Made by a program: the position numbers and the translations under genes. The notes beneath the pieces were generated by a model, which made no database searches, was not told the DNA's origin, and saw only the letters and a list, made by a program, of their open reading frames with translations. A stretch of 64,000 nucleotides of DNA from Bacillales bacterium UBA4855. GTDB taxonomy: Bacteria > Bacillota_I > Bacilli_A > RFN20 > CAG-826. Shown here in pieces: positions 29,907 to 39,583 of the stretch; within the stretch, counting starts at the first letter, position 1, and the number at the start of each line of letters is the position of its first letter. The stretch is taken from NCBI GenBank assembly GCA_002399785.1, contig DHEH01000010.1:134833-198832 (forward strand), given 5' to 3'.

Positions 29907-31285
29907 AACACTTCTTTAACGCTTAAATAATTAATTTTCTTTTTATAAACAAAAACAGATATCAACAAAGCTATTACAAAAAACAGGAGTAAACTCAAAG
30001 TAAAAATAATGCAATGCCATCCAAAAATATAATCAGGATAACCAAAGCAATTTTTTGGGAATAAAAAATAATCTACTGAATAAAAAGAAATAGAAGCTAA
30101 AAGACAAGAAAAAATATTAACAATGAATGTTGCAAAATTTAAAATAAATTGACCATTTTTTGCATTTCTATTTAGAGTAAATAAGACAACCAAATCATTT
30201 TTATTTTTATAAAAAATAACATAATTAAAAAAATATACGTAAATAATCAACACAATTATCAATATCGGTATTAAAAAATTAAAAATATTGGTTCTTACAC
30301 TTTTTTCTAAATAAGTGTAAGCAATATTGTCGATTCCATTATAGACATAATATTCATCGCTTGACAAAAGTTTTCTATTTTCGTTCGAACATTTTGTGGC
30401 AAAACAATAAGGATTAATCTTTGAACTAATTTTATTAAATACATTATCGGAAACAACTAAATAATTTGGAAAATTGCTTTTTATATCGATATCTACAATT
30501 TTGAAATCATTAAAGCCAAGCAAAGAATCAAAATCAATATAAGTATCGTCAAAATATTTATTAATTTTTTCATTTAAATAATTATCGTAAAAAATCCCAT
30601 CAAAATTATAATTTGTTAAATTTATAAGTTCATTGTCATTTAAAGAAATATTCGTAGAAACATAATTTTTGCTGATAGCATACGATAAGGAAATAAAATT
30701 TATTACTCCTCCAAAATTTAATGGGTAATAATCTTTTATAACATTAAATTTAATTTTATCCAACACTTTCGAATTCAAATATACTCCTTCAGACTTATAA
30801 TTTTGGAAACTTAACGAAAATTCGATTTCACTTATATCATTACTAAAATAAAAATTTTTTTTATCGATTTTTTTAGGTTCTCCTAACGAATAAAATAAAT
30901 CATTATTTACGGCAAATTGATCTAAACCAATCGATTCGTCATCAACAAAATAAATATTAAATTTTTTCGAATAATCACTATTATGACCAAACGTCATATA
31001 AACGGAATCAATTCCTTTAGCTTTTAGTTCATTTCTTGTATTAGTATTATGGCTATATTTTTGCTCATAATCGTATTCATCATCGCCACCCAATCTTTCT
31101 ATACTATTGTATTTGCATTCAAATTGATAATATTGTTCATTTTTAATAACTACTGAATTTAATAACTTATCATTATATGAATCATAACTACTAAACAAAA
31201 ATAAAATTGAAAAAACTAATATAAACATCAAAAAGAAATTTAAAAAATAAACAACAATATTTTTATTCAGAATTTTTTTACACAT
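29903..31285 (-). CDS. FtsX-like ABC permease / membrane protein
   Basis: N-terminal TM, about 300-aa extracellular region, 3 C-terminal TM; ATGA overlap with the downstream ATPase fusion. Confidence 0.65.
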   Translation of the reverse strand: MCKKILNKNIVVYFLNFFLMFILVFSILFLFSSYDSYNDKLLNSVVIKNEQYYQFECKYNSIERLGGDDEYDYEQKYSHNTNTRNELKAKGIDSVYMTFGHNSDYSKKFNIYFVDDESIGLDQFAVNNDLFYSLGEPKKIDKKNFYFSNDISEIEFSLSFQNYKSEGVYLNSKVLDKIKFNVIKDYYPLNFGGVINFISLSYAISKNYVSTNISLNDNELINLTNYNFDGIFYDNYLNEKINKYFDDTYIDFDSLLGFNDFKIVDIDIKSNFPNYLVVSDNVFNKISSKINPYCFATKCSNENRKLLSSDEYYVYNGIDNIAYTYLEKSVRTNIFNFLIPILIIVLIIYVYFFNYVIFYKNKNDLVVLFTLNRNAKNGQFILNFATFIVNIFSCLLASISFYSVDYFLFPKNCFGYPDYIFGWHCIIFTLSLLLFFVIALLISVFVYKKKINYLSVKEVL

Positions 31286-31293
31286 ATTAACAA

Positions 31294-32273
31294 CTAATAA
31301 AAATTATAGGTTCCACCAACTAAAACTTTATCATTTGAATGCCGAGTAGAAGTATTGTCTGTTAAACCATCACCAACAGAAATTTTCGTTAAAAAACTTA
31401 ATTGAGGCTTTATGGTCATAATTGTTGAATCACAACCAATCATTACCCAAAATAACATATTATATTGCCTATAAATACAATTATTATTCTCAATACCAGT
31501 TTCATTGTGAGATGTAGACGAAAATGTTGGTGAAAAAATATATTCTCTCCAAGTGGAACCATTACTTACTTCGTCTGAATTTTCCTCAAATGTATAAATG
31601 TTAGAAAATTCAGTAAAATATTTTTTATTATTTGAAACATCATCTCTATTGTCATTATAATAGTCGCCTAAAGAAGGATAATATTCATCTGAAAAAACAT
31701 AATATGGTTCACAACGACTAAAAACAACACTTGAAGTTATATTTTTTTGAGAAAAACAATAAGCATTATTACTCTTTGTTTTCGGATAAAAATCTATAAT
31801 ATTTAAGTCTTTATGTTGTCCAACATTTGATAAAGGGGCTTTAAAACTAAGCTCCGACATAATTTTTTCATTGTTTAAAACAGTATTGTTCGTTTTATCA
31901 TTACAATAATCAAGAATAGCATTTGAAGTACTCGTCCCCCAGCCAAAAAGACCAGATGAGTACGAAACATTTTTATATAAGCTTAATTTAATCTTATATG
32001 CCATATAAATGCTCTGAGGATACAAATTCAAATCATAAGGAGTTCCTTTATATTTTTCCCATATCCAGATTCGCAAGAAACTTGTAAATCAGCAAATTTC
32101 GAACCTTTATTACTAACATATGAAGAATTAATGGTTTTTTTATAATAAATCGAACTAATACCTTCCGAAATATCTTTACTATCAAACACTTGAGAATTGA
32201 TTGTTTGACCACTGCTTATTAAACATATAGATAATAGAGGTAAAACAAAAAATAAACTAATTTTTTTAGACAT
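31294..32273 (-). pseudogene. secreted protein split by a single frameshift
   Basis: Signal peptide MSKKISLFFVLPLLSICLISS (ATG 32273 with RBS); the frame switches at the GGGAAAAAT run (32053-32060) into the 260-aa ORF. Confidence 0.6.
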
Positions 32274-32349
32274 AACAAATCCTTCTTTCAATTATGTTAT
32301 AGTCTTTTAATAGGATATAATCAACAATAAAGAAAAACTTTACAATTAG

Positions 32350-33864
32350 TTAACGATTACTTATTTTAATAATTTTTTTAAGTCTTTCAATTAAAGTTTT
32401 TTCACATCTTAAAAATCTGGATTTATTAACTCTATAACTCCAGTTATTTGTTGATAAAGTTGATGGAAAATTCATTCTACCTTCTTTGCCAATATATAAT
32501 AAATCTTGAAGAGGAACAACGGCCACATCAGCATTATTTTGGAAATTAATATCGATAATGCCATCTAAAATAGACTTATTATCAGTTTTATTTAATAAAG
32601 GAAGTTTTACTTTTAGTAATTCTTCATTTAAAACTTTAATAAGTAATTTTCTTTGCTTTTGATCTCTTTCTATAATAAATTGCATTGTTGTTTGAGAGTC
32701 ATGTGTTGCTGTGTAACTAAAGAAATTATGAGTATAATTTGATGGTCTCCAACAATTATCTTTATTGTCATCATCAAAGCATTGCGTAACAATCTTCATT
32801 CCAGGAAAACCACATTCATCGAACATTTTATAAAAATCATTATCCATTAAGCCAAGATCTTCAGCAACAATTGGTAAATCATGAAGTCCATCAAACAAAG
32901 CTGCACCAGGTCCTTTAACCCAATGCCCATTACGAGCAGTTTTATCTCCATAAGGAATCGAATAATAACCACTAAATCCTCTGAAATGGTCAATTCTTAA
33001 TAAATCAAATAATTTTAAAGATGAAAAAATGCGATCACGATACCATTTAAAATTAGTTTCTTTTAAATAATCCCAATTCCGTAATGGATTCCCCCATAAT
33101 TGTCCATCAATACTAAAACAATCTGGTGGACAACCAGCAACCGCGCAAGGTTCTCTATTGTCATTAAATTGAAATAATTGAGGATATTTATAAGCTTCCA
33201 CTGAATCATAAGCGACATAAATTGGCATATCACCCATTATTTTAATGCCTTTTTTATTAGCATATTTTCTAAGTTTAAAATACTCATTTTGCGCTTCAAA
33301 TTGTGTCCATAAATAAAATAAATAATCATTTGTGTAATCGTGAATAATTTTTGCTTCAAGTTCGATAGAATAATTTCTATATTCATCATTCCGTTGATAC
33401 CAAGGAGCTCCATTATTAATTTGTTTTAAGACCATAAAAAATGCAAAATCACTAGCACCTAAGTCAGTTTTTATAAACTTTTGAAATTTAGAAATTAAGA
33501 CATCAAAGCGAGAAAAAGCTAAACGCAGAATATCAATTCTATTGTTATATTGTTTTGCATAATTAACTCGATCATCAGTATCTTTTAAATCTACTTTTTG
33601 ATATTCTTTTTTCTTTAGCAATCCTTGTTCGTTAAGAATATCTAAATCAATAAAATAATAATTCAAGGCGTAACTAGATGGAGATTGATAAGGCGAATCA
33701 CCATAACTTGTGACATTGAGCGGTAAAATTTGCCAAAGCCCCACCCTTGCTTTCTTTAAGAAATCTACAAAATTATAAGCTTCACTACCAAACGTACCAA
33801 TTCCGTACTTTGAAGGGAGGGAAAAAACTGGTAACAAAATCCCTGCATTTCTATTTTTGTTCAT
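32350..33864 (-). CDS. malQ: 4-alpha-glucanotransferase (amylomaltase, GH77)
   Basis: GILLPVFSLPS, WQILPLN, GDMPIYV, RIDHFRG, AEDLG, THD. Confidence 0.96.
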   Translation of the reverse strand: MNKNRNAGILLPVFSLPSKYGIGTFGSEAYNFVDFLKKARVGLWQILPLNVTSYGDSPYQSPSSYALNYYFIDLDILNEQGLLKKKEYQKVDLKDTDDRVNYAKQYNNRIDILRLAFSRFDVLISKFQKFIKTDLGASDFAFFMVLKQINNGAPWYQRNDEYRNYSIELEAKIIHDYTNDYLFYLWTQFEAQNEYFKLRKYANKKGIKIMGDMPIYVAYDSVEAYKYPQLFQFNDNREPCAVAGCPPDCFSIDGQLWGNPLRNWDYLKETNFKWYRDRIFSSLKLFDLLRIDHFRGFSGYYSIPYGDKTARNGHWVKGPGAALFDGLHDLPIVAEDLGLMDNDFYKMFDECGFPGMKIVTQCFDDDNKDNCWRPSNYTHNFFSYTATHDSQTTMQFIIERDQKQRKLLIKVLNEELLKVKLPLLNKTDNKSILDGIIDINFQNNADVAVVPLQDLLYIGKEGRMNFPSTLSTNNWSYRVNKSRFLRCEKTLIERLKKIIKISNR

Positions 33865-33931
33865 AACAATATTATAAATAGTTTATTGATTTATATCATC
33901 AATTTTATAATAATAATAAAAGGAGATTTTT

Positions 33932-35221
33932 ATGAAAACATATTTAAAAAATTCTATAATTTACCAAATTTTTCCAAGAAATTTTACAAAAAAAGGAAAT
34001 TTCAAAGGAGTTGAGTCCAAACTCTCGTATTTATCTGATTTAGGAGTTAATATCATTCAAACAACCCCTATTAATCTAATTGGAAAAGTTGGTAGAAAAG
34101 GGACTTTAGGTTCTCCTTATGCAATTCAAGATTATTATCAAATAAATCCAGAATATGGTGATTTAAATGATTTAAAACATCTAATTAATGCTATACATAA
34201 ATCAGGAATGAAATTTGTAATAGATATAGTTTTTAATCATACTTCTCGTGATTCGGTTTTGCTTTCAACTCATCCAGAATGGTTTTATAAAGATAATAAT
34301 GGAAATTTTAGTAATAAAGTTGGCAATTGGAGCGATGTTTTTGATCTTGATTACAATCAACCAGGTTTAATCGATTATTTATTAGAAGTTTTAGATTATT
34401 ATTTATCCCTTGGGATTGATGGTTTCCGTTTTGACGTTGCTAGTCTTATTAAAAAAGAATTCTTCATTAAATTACAACAAACTTTATTGGTTAAATATCC
34501 AAATACAATTTTAATAGCTGAATCTGTACATCAAAGTTTCATTACTTATGTTCGTTCACTCGGATTTAATGCTCTTTCAGATTCTGAATTAATAGAATGT
34601 GGTTTTGATTTGCTTTACGAATATAATAATCGTGAATGCTTAGAAAATTACTTAAAAACAAAAGATAATTATTATTTAGGTCAATATAAATATGGTTTAA
34701 GGTACGAAGAAAATGCCAATCCAAAAGAAACTCTAAGAATTCGCGGATTAGAGAATCATGACATGCCTCGAATCTACAATTTAACTCACAATAAAAATAT
34801 TATGGACAATTTATTAGCTTACTCTTTCTTTTTGAAAGGTCCTTCTTTTATATATATGGGTGAAGAAACAAAGCAAAAAAATAAGATTGAATTATTCGAT
34901 AAATACTTAGTAAATTGGCATTTTGATAAAAAGTGGTTTGCTTTATTAAAAACACTTATTTCGATTAAAAAAAATCCTACAAATCAACAATTATTAATAA
35001 GTGATGTAGATTTAACAAAAAATGATTATCTTGTAATTAAGAATATTTTTCAAGATAAATCAAACGCTTTTGGGATATTTAATTTTAAAAATACAAATAA
35101 ACCGGTTACTTCTGAATTTTTTATAGATGGAAAATATTTGGATTTGATTTCAAATAAAATTATCGAAATTAAAAACAAAAAAATATTTACTAAACAGCCT
35201 TTAATTCTAATCAAAGCCTAA
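33932..35221 (+). CDS. alpha-amylase family glycoside hydrolase (GH13)
   Basis: DIVFNHT, DGFRFDVA, IAE and ENHD catalytic regions; divergent from malQ. Confidence 0.92.
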   Translation: MKTYLKNSIIYQIFPRNFTKKGNFKGVESKLSYLSDLGVNIIQTTPINLIGKVGRKGTLGSPYAIQDYYQINPEYGDLNDLKHLINAIHKSGMKFVIDIVFNHTSRDSVLLSTHPEWFYKDNNGNFSNKVGNWSDVFDLDYNQPGLIDYLLEVLDYYLSLGIDGFRFDVASLIKKEFFIKLQQTLLVKYPNTILIAESVHQSFITYVRSLGFNALSDSELIECGFDLLYEYNNRECLENYLKTKDNYYLGQYKYGLRYEENANPKETLRIRGLENHDMPRIYNLTHNKNIMDNLLAYSFFLKGPSFIYMGEETKQKNKIELFDKYLVNWHFDKKWFALLKTLISIKKNPTNQQLLISDVDLTKNDYLVIKNIFQDKSNAFGIFNFKNTNKPVTSEFFIDGKYLDLISNKIIEIKNKKIFTKQPLILIKA

Positions 35222-35222
35222 T

Positions 35223-35259
35223 AAAAAGCCTTCACTTCACTCGAAGCAAAGGCTTTTTT
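35223..35259. terminator. bidirectional terminator between GH13 gene and ftsZ
   Basis: AAAAAGCCTT...AAGGCTTTTT inverted repeat between convergent genes. Confidence 0.75.
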
Positions 35260-35264
35260 AAATA

Positions 35265-36386
35265 TTATTTATCTTCTAAGAATGAAGGAATAATGTCATC
35301 ATCGTCAGACTCTTTTGCTTCTTCATTTTTCACTAAACCATCGCCATTATTTGGTTTATTTAATGTATCACTTGACTCTTTTGGTTTATTAACAAATAAA
35401 TTATTATTGATTGTATCAGTCACAGAAAAATCAATATCTTGAGCGAAACCACTAGCAATAATTGAAACTAAGATTGTATCTTCAAGTTGATCATTGATAG
35501 AAATTCCAAATTTTAAATCCATTTGGCCGCCACTCGCTTCAATAATTTTTTGAACACAAGATTGCGCATCATATAAAGAAACTTTTGGTCCAGATGTAAC
35601 ATGACATATTCCGCGAGTTGCGCCTTTAATTGATTGCTCAATTAATGGGCTACTTAAAGCACTGATAGCTGCATCTTCAGCTCTTTTATCACCGCTTCCT
35701 GTTCCATATCCAATCAAAGCAACACCAGAATCTTTTAAAGTTGCCTTAACATCAGCAAAATCAAGATTAATTACAGCAGGCATTAAAATTAAATCGGTGA
35801 CTGTTTTAACAGATAAAGCTAGAACTTTATCAGCTTCGCTAAATGCCTGACCTAATGGTAAATTGCCAGCATTCATCAACAATTTATCGTTACTAACAAC
35901 AATCAAAGAATCAACATTTTTCTTTAATTCATTTAAGCCTTCAACACTAAATTTAGTTCTTTTATTGCCTTCAAAAGCGAAAGGACGAGTAACAATAGCA
36001 ACTGTCAAAGCACCAGCCTCTTTAGCAATTTGTCCAATAACTGGAGCAGCACCTGTTCCAGTGCCTCCACCCATACCAGCAGCAATGAAAACTAAATTTG
36101 CACCTGTAACAATACTTTTTATATCTTCTTTGCTAGCTTCAGCAGCATCTTTTCCGACTTTTGGATCACCGCCAGCACCAAGTCCGTTGGTGATAGCTTC
36201 TCCAAGAATTAATCTATTAGGAGCTTTGGATAAAGAAAGAGCTTGTTTATCAGTGTTTGCAACATAAAACTCAACATTGTTAATCTTTTCATCAATCATA
36301 CGATTAACAGCATTATTTCCAGCTCCACCGACTCCAATTACAATAATTCGTGCAACTGGTTCAAAACCATCTAATTCATCATTCAT
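35265..36386 (-). CDS. ftsZ: cell division protein FtsZ
   Basis: GVGGAGNN, GMGGGTGTG, NLDFAD, C-terminal IPSFL. Confidence 0.98.
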   Translation of the reverse strand: MNDELDGFEPVARIIVIGVGGAGNNAVNRMIDEKINNVEFYVANTDKQALSLSKAPNRLILGEAITNGLGAGGDPKVGKDAAEASKEDIKSIVTGANLVFIAAGMGGGTGTGAAPVIGQIAKEAGALTVAIVTRPFAFEGNKRTKFSVEGLNELKKNVDSLIVVSNDKLLMNAGNLPLGQAFSEADKVLALSVKTVTDLILMPAVINLDFADVKATLKDSGVALIGYGTGSGDKRAEDAAISALSSPLIEQSIKGATRGICHVTSGPKVSLYDAQSCVQKIIEASGGQMDLKFGISINDQLEDTILVSIIASGFAQDIDFSVTDTINNNLFVNKPKESSDTLNKPNNGDGLVKNEEAKESDDDDIIPSFLEDK

Positions 36387-36403
36387 AAATCTTGCTCCTC
36401 AAT

Positions 36404-37654
36404 TTATAATTCATCGCTTGTTTCACTATATTTAGTGTTTCGATTCGATTTTTTTGTATCTCGTTCGAGTTCGTTAACACGCGATTTTTCTAAATCATCT
36501 AAACTTTTATAACTGCTAGCATAGCAAATTGCACCTAAACAGTTGAAGAAACTAGTCGAATCAGCCCCAATAACATTTGTTTTAATGATATCAATTGGAT
36601 TTGTTTGAAAAATACGTAATAGATAGTCTTTTAAACCATTTAATTTACTAGCTTCACCAATTAAAACAAGTGGAATTTTAGTCAAATATTCAGAATAATT
36701 AGTTCCGAGTAAAGTTTTGAGTGCATTACTTAAATTATTAGACCAATATTTTAAAAATTCAGCAACTACACCATTTAAATCTTCTTTTGTATAACCGACT
36801 TTTAAGCCAACATCGTTAGTTTTGGTCGTAATATATGGATTAAAACTATTTTTTCTAGTATCCAATCCGTAAATTTTCTTTAAATTTTCGGCCTCAGCAA
36901 ATGGAATACCTAATTTAGTAGCGATGGATTCAGTCAAATCATCTCCACCTATTGAAATAAAATTAGATTCATAAACTTTTCCATTAGCAACAAAATTTAA
37001 TGTTGTTGTTTTTTGTCCAATCTCAACAAGAACGTAAATTTTATATCTATAATTATTTTTCGATAAATAATAAGCGTCACCAACCGGAGCAATAACTTCT
37101 TTTTTTATTTTCAGTCCTGCATCCGAAACAGCTTTTCTTAAATCATTCATTAATTTCTTTGGTAAAGAATAAACATTAGCATTCATAGTAATCGAACTAC
37201 TAATCTCACCAATTGGTGGTTCATAAAATTGTTTATTACCTTCGATTGCAAAATAATTTGGTAAAACATCGATTAATTCACTATTTACATCAGGTAATTT
37301 TTGCTTTTTAACAAGGGATAAGCAATTTACGATATCCATTTTTTCAATATGCGAATCTGGAGAAATTGTGTTTGTTTGGCTATTTGCATTAAAAATCCTT
37401 AAGCCAAAAGATGGATAAACAAGCACTACATCATAAATATTTAATTTTATAGACTTGCTAGGATCGTCAATTCTCTTTATAAATTCAAGATCTTTAACTA
37501 AAGTATTCAAATTAAAAATTTCACCATCCTTCACGATTGTTGTTAAAGGATGGGTTAATGAATAAATGATTTGCACTTTATCTTCATCATAATATCCAAC
37601 AACTAACTTATAACTTCTATTTCTTATGTCAATTACTGCAATTTCTTTTCCCAT
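36404..37654 (-). CDS. ftsA: cell division protein FtsA (divergent)
   Basis: Actin-like fold motifs (IDI, EIGQKTT, IGGDDLT..IA, AENLK); directly upstream of ftsZ; start taken as ATG 37654. Confidence 0.85.
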   Translation of the reverse strand: MGKEIAVIDIRNRSYKLVVGYYDEDKVQIIYSLTHPLTTIVKDGEIFNLNTLVKDLEFIKRIDDPSKSIKLNIYDVVLVYPSFGLRIFNANSQTNTISPDSHIEKMDIVNCLSLVKKQKLPDVNSELIDVLPNYFAIEGNKQFYEPPIGEISSSITMNANVYSLPKKLMNDLRKAVSDAGLKIKKEVIAPVGDAYYLSKNNYRYKIYVLVEIGQKTTTLNFVANGKVYESNFISIGGDDLTESIATKLGIPFAEAENLKKIYGLDTRKNSFNPYITTKTNDVGLKVGYTKEDLNGVVAEFLKYWSNNLSNALKTLLGTNYSEYLTKIPLVLIGEASKLNGLKDYLLRIFQTNPIDIIKTNVIGADSTSFFNCLGAICYASSYKSLDDLEKSRVNELERDTKKSNRNTKYSETSDEL

Positions 37655-37805
37655 AATCCTCTTTATTATAATATTTATAAGAAATATTAACAATTACATT
37701 TATAATTATTTTCAAGTATATTTTTAGTATATATTCAGTCAATAATAAGTAATAAAAAGCACATACTAATTAAATAATATGTGCCTATATATTTTTTCAA
37801 AACAA

Positions 37806-38030
37806 TTAAAATGATAATAAATCTTTTGATTTTTCAGATGTTGTCGTCTTTTCTTCGTTATTATCATTATTTTTTGCTTCTTCTTCAGCATTGACACGTA
37901 ATGTAGCAGCAATACTTAATGGAATAGCGACTATGACAGAGGCACCTAAAAATATACCAAAACAAAAACCGAGTTTACGAAAATAATATTTCCAAGGTTT
38001 ATTTCTAGTTTTTACTAACTTATCTTGCAT
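37806..38030 (-). CDS. small single-TM protein at the ftsL position
   Basis: GGAGG RBS, one TM helix and a charged tail; immediately after rsmH. Confidence 0.6.
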   Translation of the reverse strand: MQDKLVKTRNKPWKYYFRKLGFCFGIFLGASVIVAIPLSIAATLRVNAEEEAKNNDNNEEKTTTSEKSKDLLSF

Positions 38031-38043
38031 ATTTTGTTCCTCC

Positions 38044-38985
38044 TTATTTTAATCTTTCTAAGATTCTTAACTTTGCACTTTTGCTACGTGGATTCTCTTT
38101 AATTTCATCTTCACTAGCAATAATAACGTGACGATTTACTTCTTTATAGTCCGGGGTTTTAATATCTTTTGAGGAGATAAAATCATTGACCCTGTTACCT
38201 TCTACTACTGAATATTTTTTAAATAAGTTTTTTACGATTCGATCTTCTAATGATTGAAATGTAATAACACAAATTCTTCCACCGACTTTAAGTCTATTAA
38301 TTACATCTTCTAAACTGATTTGTAGCGATCCTAATTCGTTATTTACTTCGATTCTAAGAGCTTGAAATATTTGTTTAGCTGGATGACCAGGTTTACGTAA
38401 TTCTTTCATCGTCTTAGATTTTTTAATAACGTCAACTAACTCAAATGTTGTTTCAATTGGTTTAATTTCGCGAGTTTTCAATATATTCTTTGCAATTTGA
38501 TACGAATCTTTTTCTTCGCCATAATCACGGAAAATTCTTGTCAAATCTTTTAAGGAATAGGTATTAACGACCTCTTTTGCTGTTAGACTTTTTTCTAAAT
38601 CCATGCGCATATCAAGAGGCGCATCAAATCTATATGAGAAACCACGATAACCTTCATCGAATTGAGGTGATGAAACCCCTAAATCATAGAGAGCTCCATC
38701 AATTTCTTTTACGCCTTCTTTGTCCAATACGTTACCAATATCTTTAAAATTTGCTTTCACGATTTTAAAATTCGTTCCAGTTTCTTTTAAAAATTTAGTC
38801 GAATACTCAATAGCTTCGTCATCTTGATCGATATCTAGCAGAAAACCATCTTTAATCTTCGATAGAATCACTCTACTATGACCAGCTCTTCCCATCGTCA
38901 TATCAACATAATAACCATTAGATTTAATGTTTAATCCTGAAATTACCTCATCAAGTAATACAGGGATATGGACGTTACTCTTCAT
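38044..38985 (-). CDS. rsmH: 16S rRNA m4C1402 methyltransferase RsmH
   Basis: HIPVLL, DLGVSSPQ, PLDMRM, FQALRIEVN, NPRSKSAKLR; start moved to ATG 38985. Confidence 0.97.
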   Translation of the reverse strand: MKSNVHIPVLLDEVISGLNIKSNGYYVDMTMGRAGHSRVILSKIKDGFLLDIDQDDEAIEYSTKFLKETGTNFKIVKANFKDIGNVLDKEGVKEIDGALYDLGVSSPQFDEGYRGFSYRFDAPLDMRMDLEKSLTAKEVVNTYSLKDLTRIFRDYGEEKDSYQIAKNILKTREIKPIETTFELVDVIKKSKTMKELRKPGHPAKQIFQALRIEVNNELGSLQISLEDVINRLKVGGRICVITFQSLEDRIVKNLFKKYSVVEGNRVNDFISSKDIKTPDYKEVNRHVIIASEDEIKENPRSKSAKLRILERLK

Positions 38986-39406
38986 CTTTGAGTATGGCCT
39001 CCGCATCCTTTTCGAAATCCTTTTCATGATCTTGAATATATTTATTCCAAGCCTGTAAGTCCCATATTTCGAAGTGATCCAAAGCACCTATGATAGTAAC
39101 GTTCTTCCCTATTAAATACTCTTTAAGCTTTTTTGTAGGAATTAACATTCTACCTTGTTTATCAACATCAATCTCAACTACTGAACTGAGAAGAATACGT
39201 TGATGAAGACGTACTTTTTCTCTTTCAAACTCCAAATGTTCAAGACGGTCAATATATTTTTGAAAGTCCGTTTCTTTGTAAACTGAAATACAGCCATCAA
39301 ATCCTTTAAGTAAATATAGTTTATTACCAACTTCGCCTCTAAATTTACTTGGGATTACTAAACGGCCTTTTTCGTCTATTGAATATTCATAGCTTCCAAA
39401 GAACAT
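38975..39406 (-). CDS. mraZ: transcriptional regulator MraZ
   Basis: Two DxxGR motifs (IDEKGRL, VDKQGRM) and FEIWD. Confidence 0.96.
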   Translation of the reverse strand: MFFGSYEYSIDEKGRLVIPSKFRGEVGNKLYLLKGFDGCISVYKETDFQKYIDRLEHLEFEREKVRLHQRILLSSVVEIDVDKQGRMLIPTKKLKEYLIGKNVTIIGALDHFEIWDLQAWNKYIQDHEKDFEKDAEAILKDEE

Positions 39407-39409
39407 TTT

Positions 39410-39435
39410 ACACTATCTACCACTTTCTACCACTT
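39410..39435 (-). promoter_or_regulatory. MraZ operator repeats
   Basis: 10-nt periodic repeats AAGTGGTAGA-AAGTGGTAGA-TAGTG immediately upstream of mraZ, matching the known GTGG-box pattern. Confidence 0.78.
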
Positions 39436-39539
39436 GGTAATATAAGTTTAACTATTAAATAAAGTTTAATCAATATGTAAATTTTAAATTCTTTGCAATA
39501 AATTTTTACAGTGTATAAAGATAAATCTAAAAAACATGA

Positions 39540-39566
39540 AAAAAGAACGGATTTCTCCGCTCTTTA
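39540..39566 (-). terminator. terminator after lipoprotein gene
   Basis: AAAGAGCGGA/TCCGTTCTTT hairpin plus T-tract on the minus strand. Confidence 0.6.
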
Positions 39567-39583
39567 TATCGTTTATTTATTAA

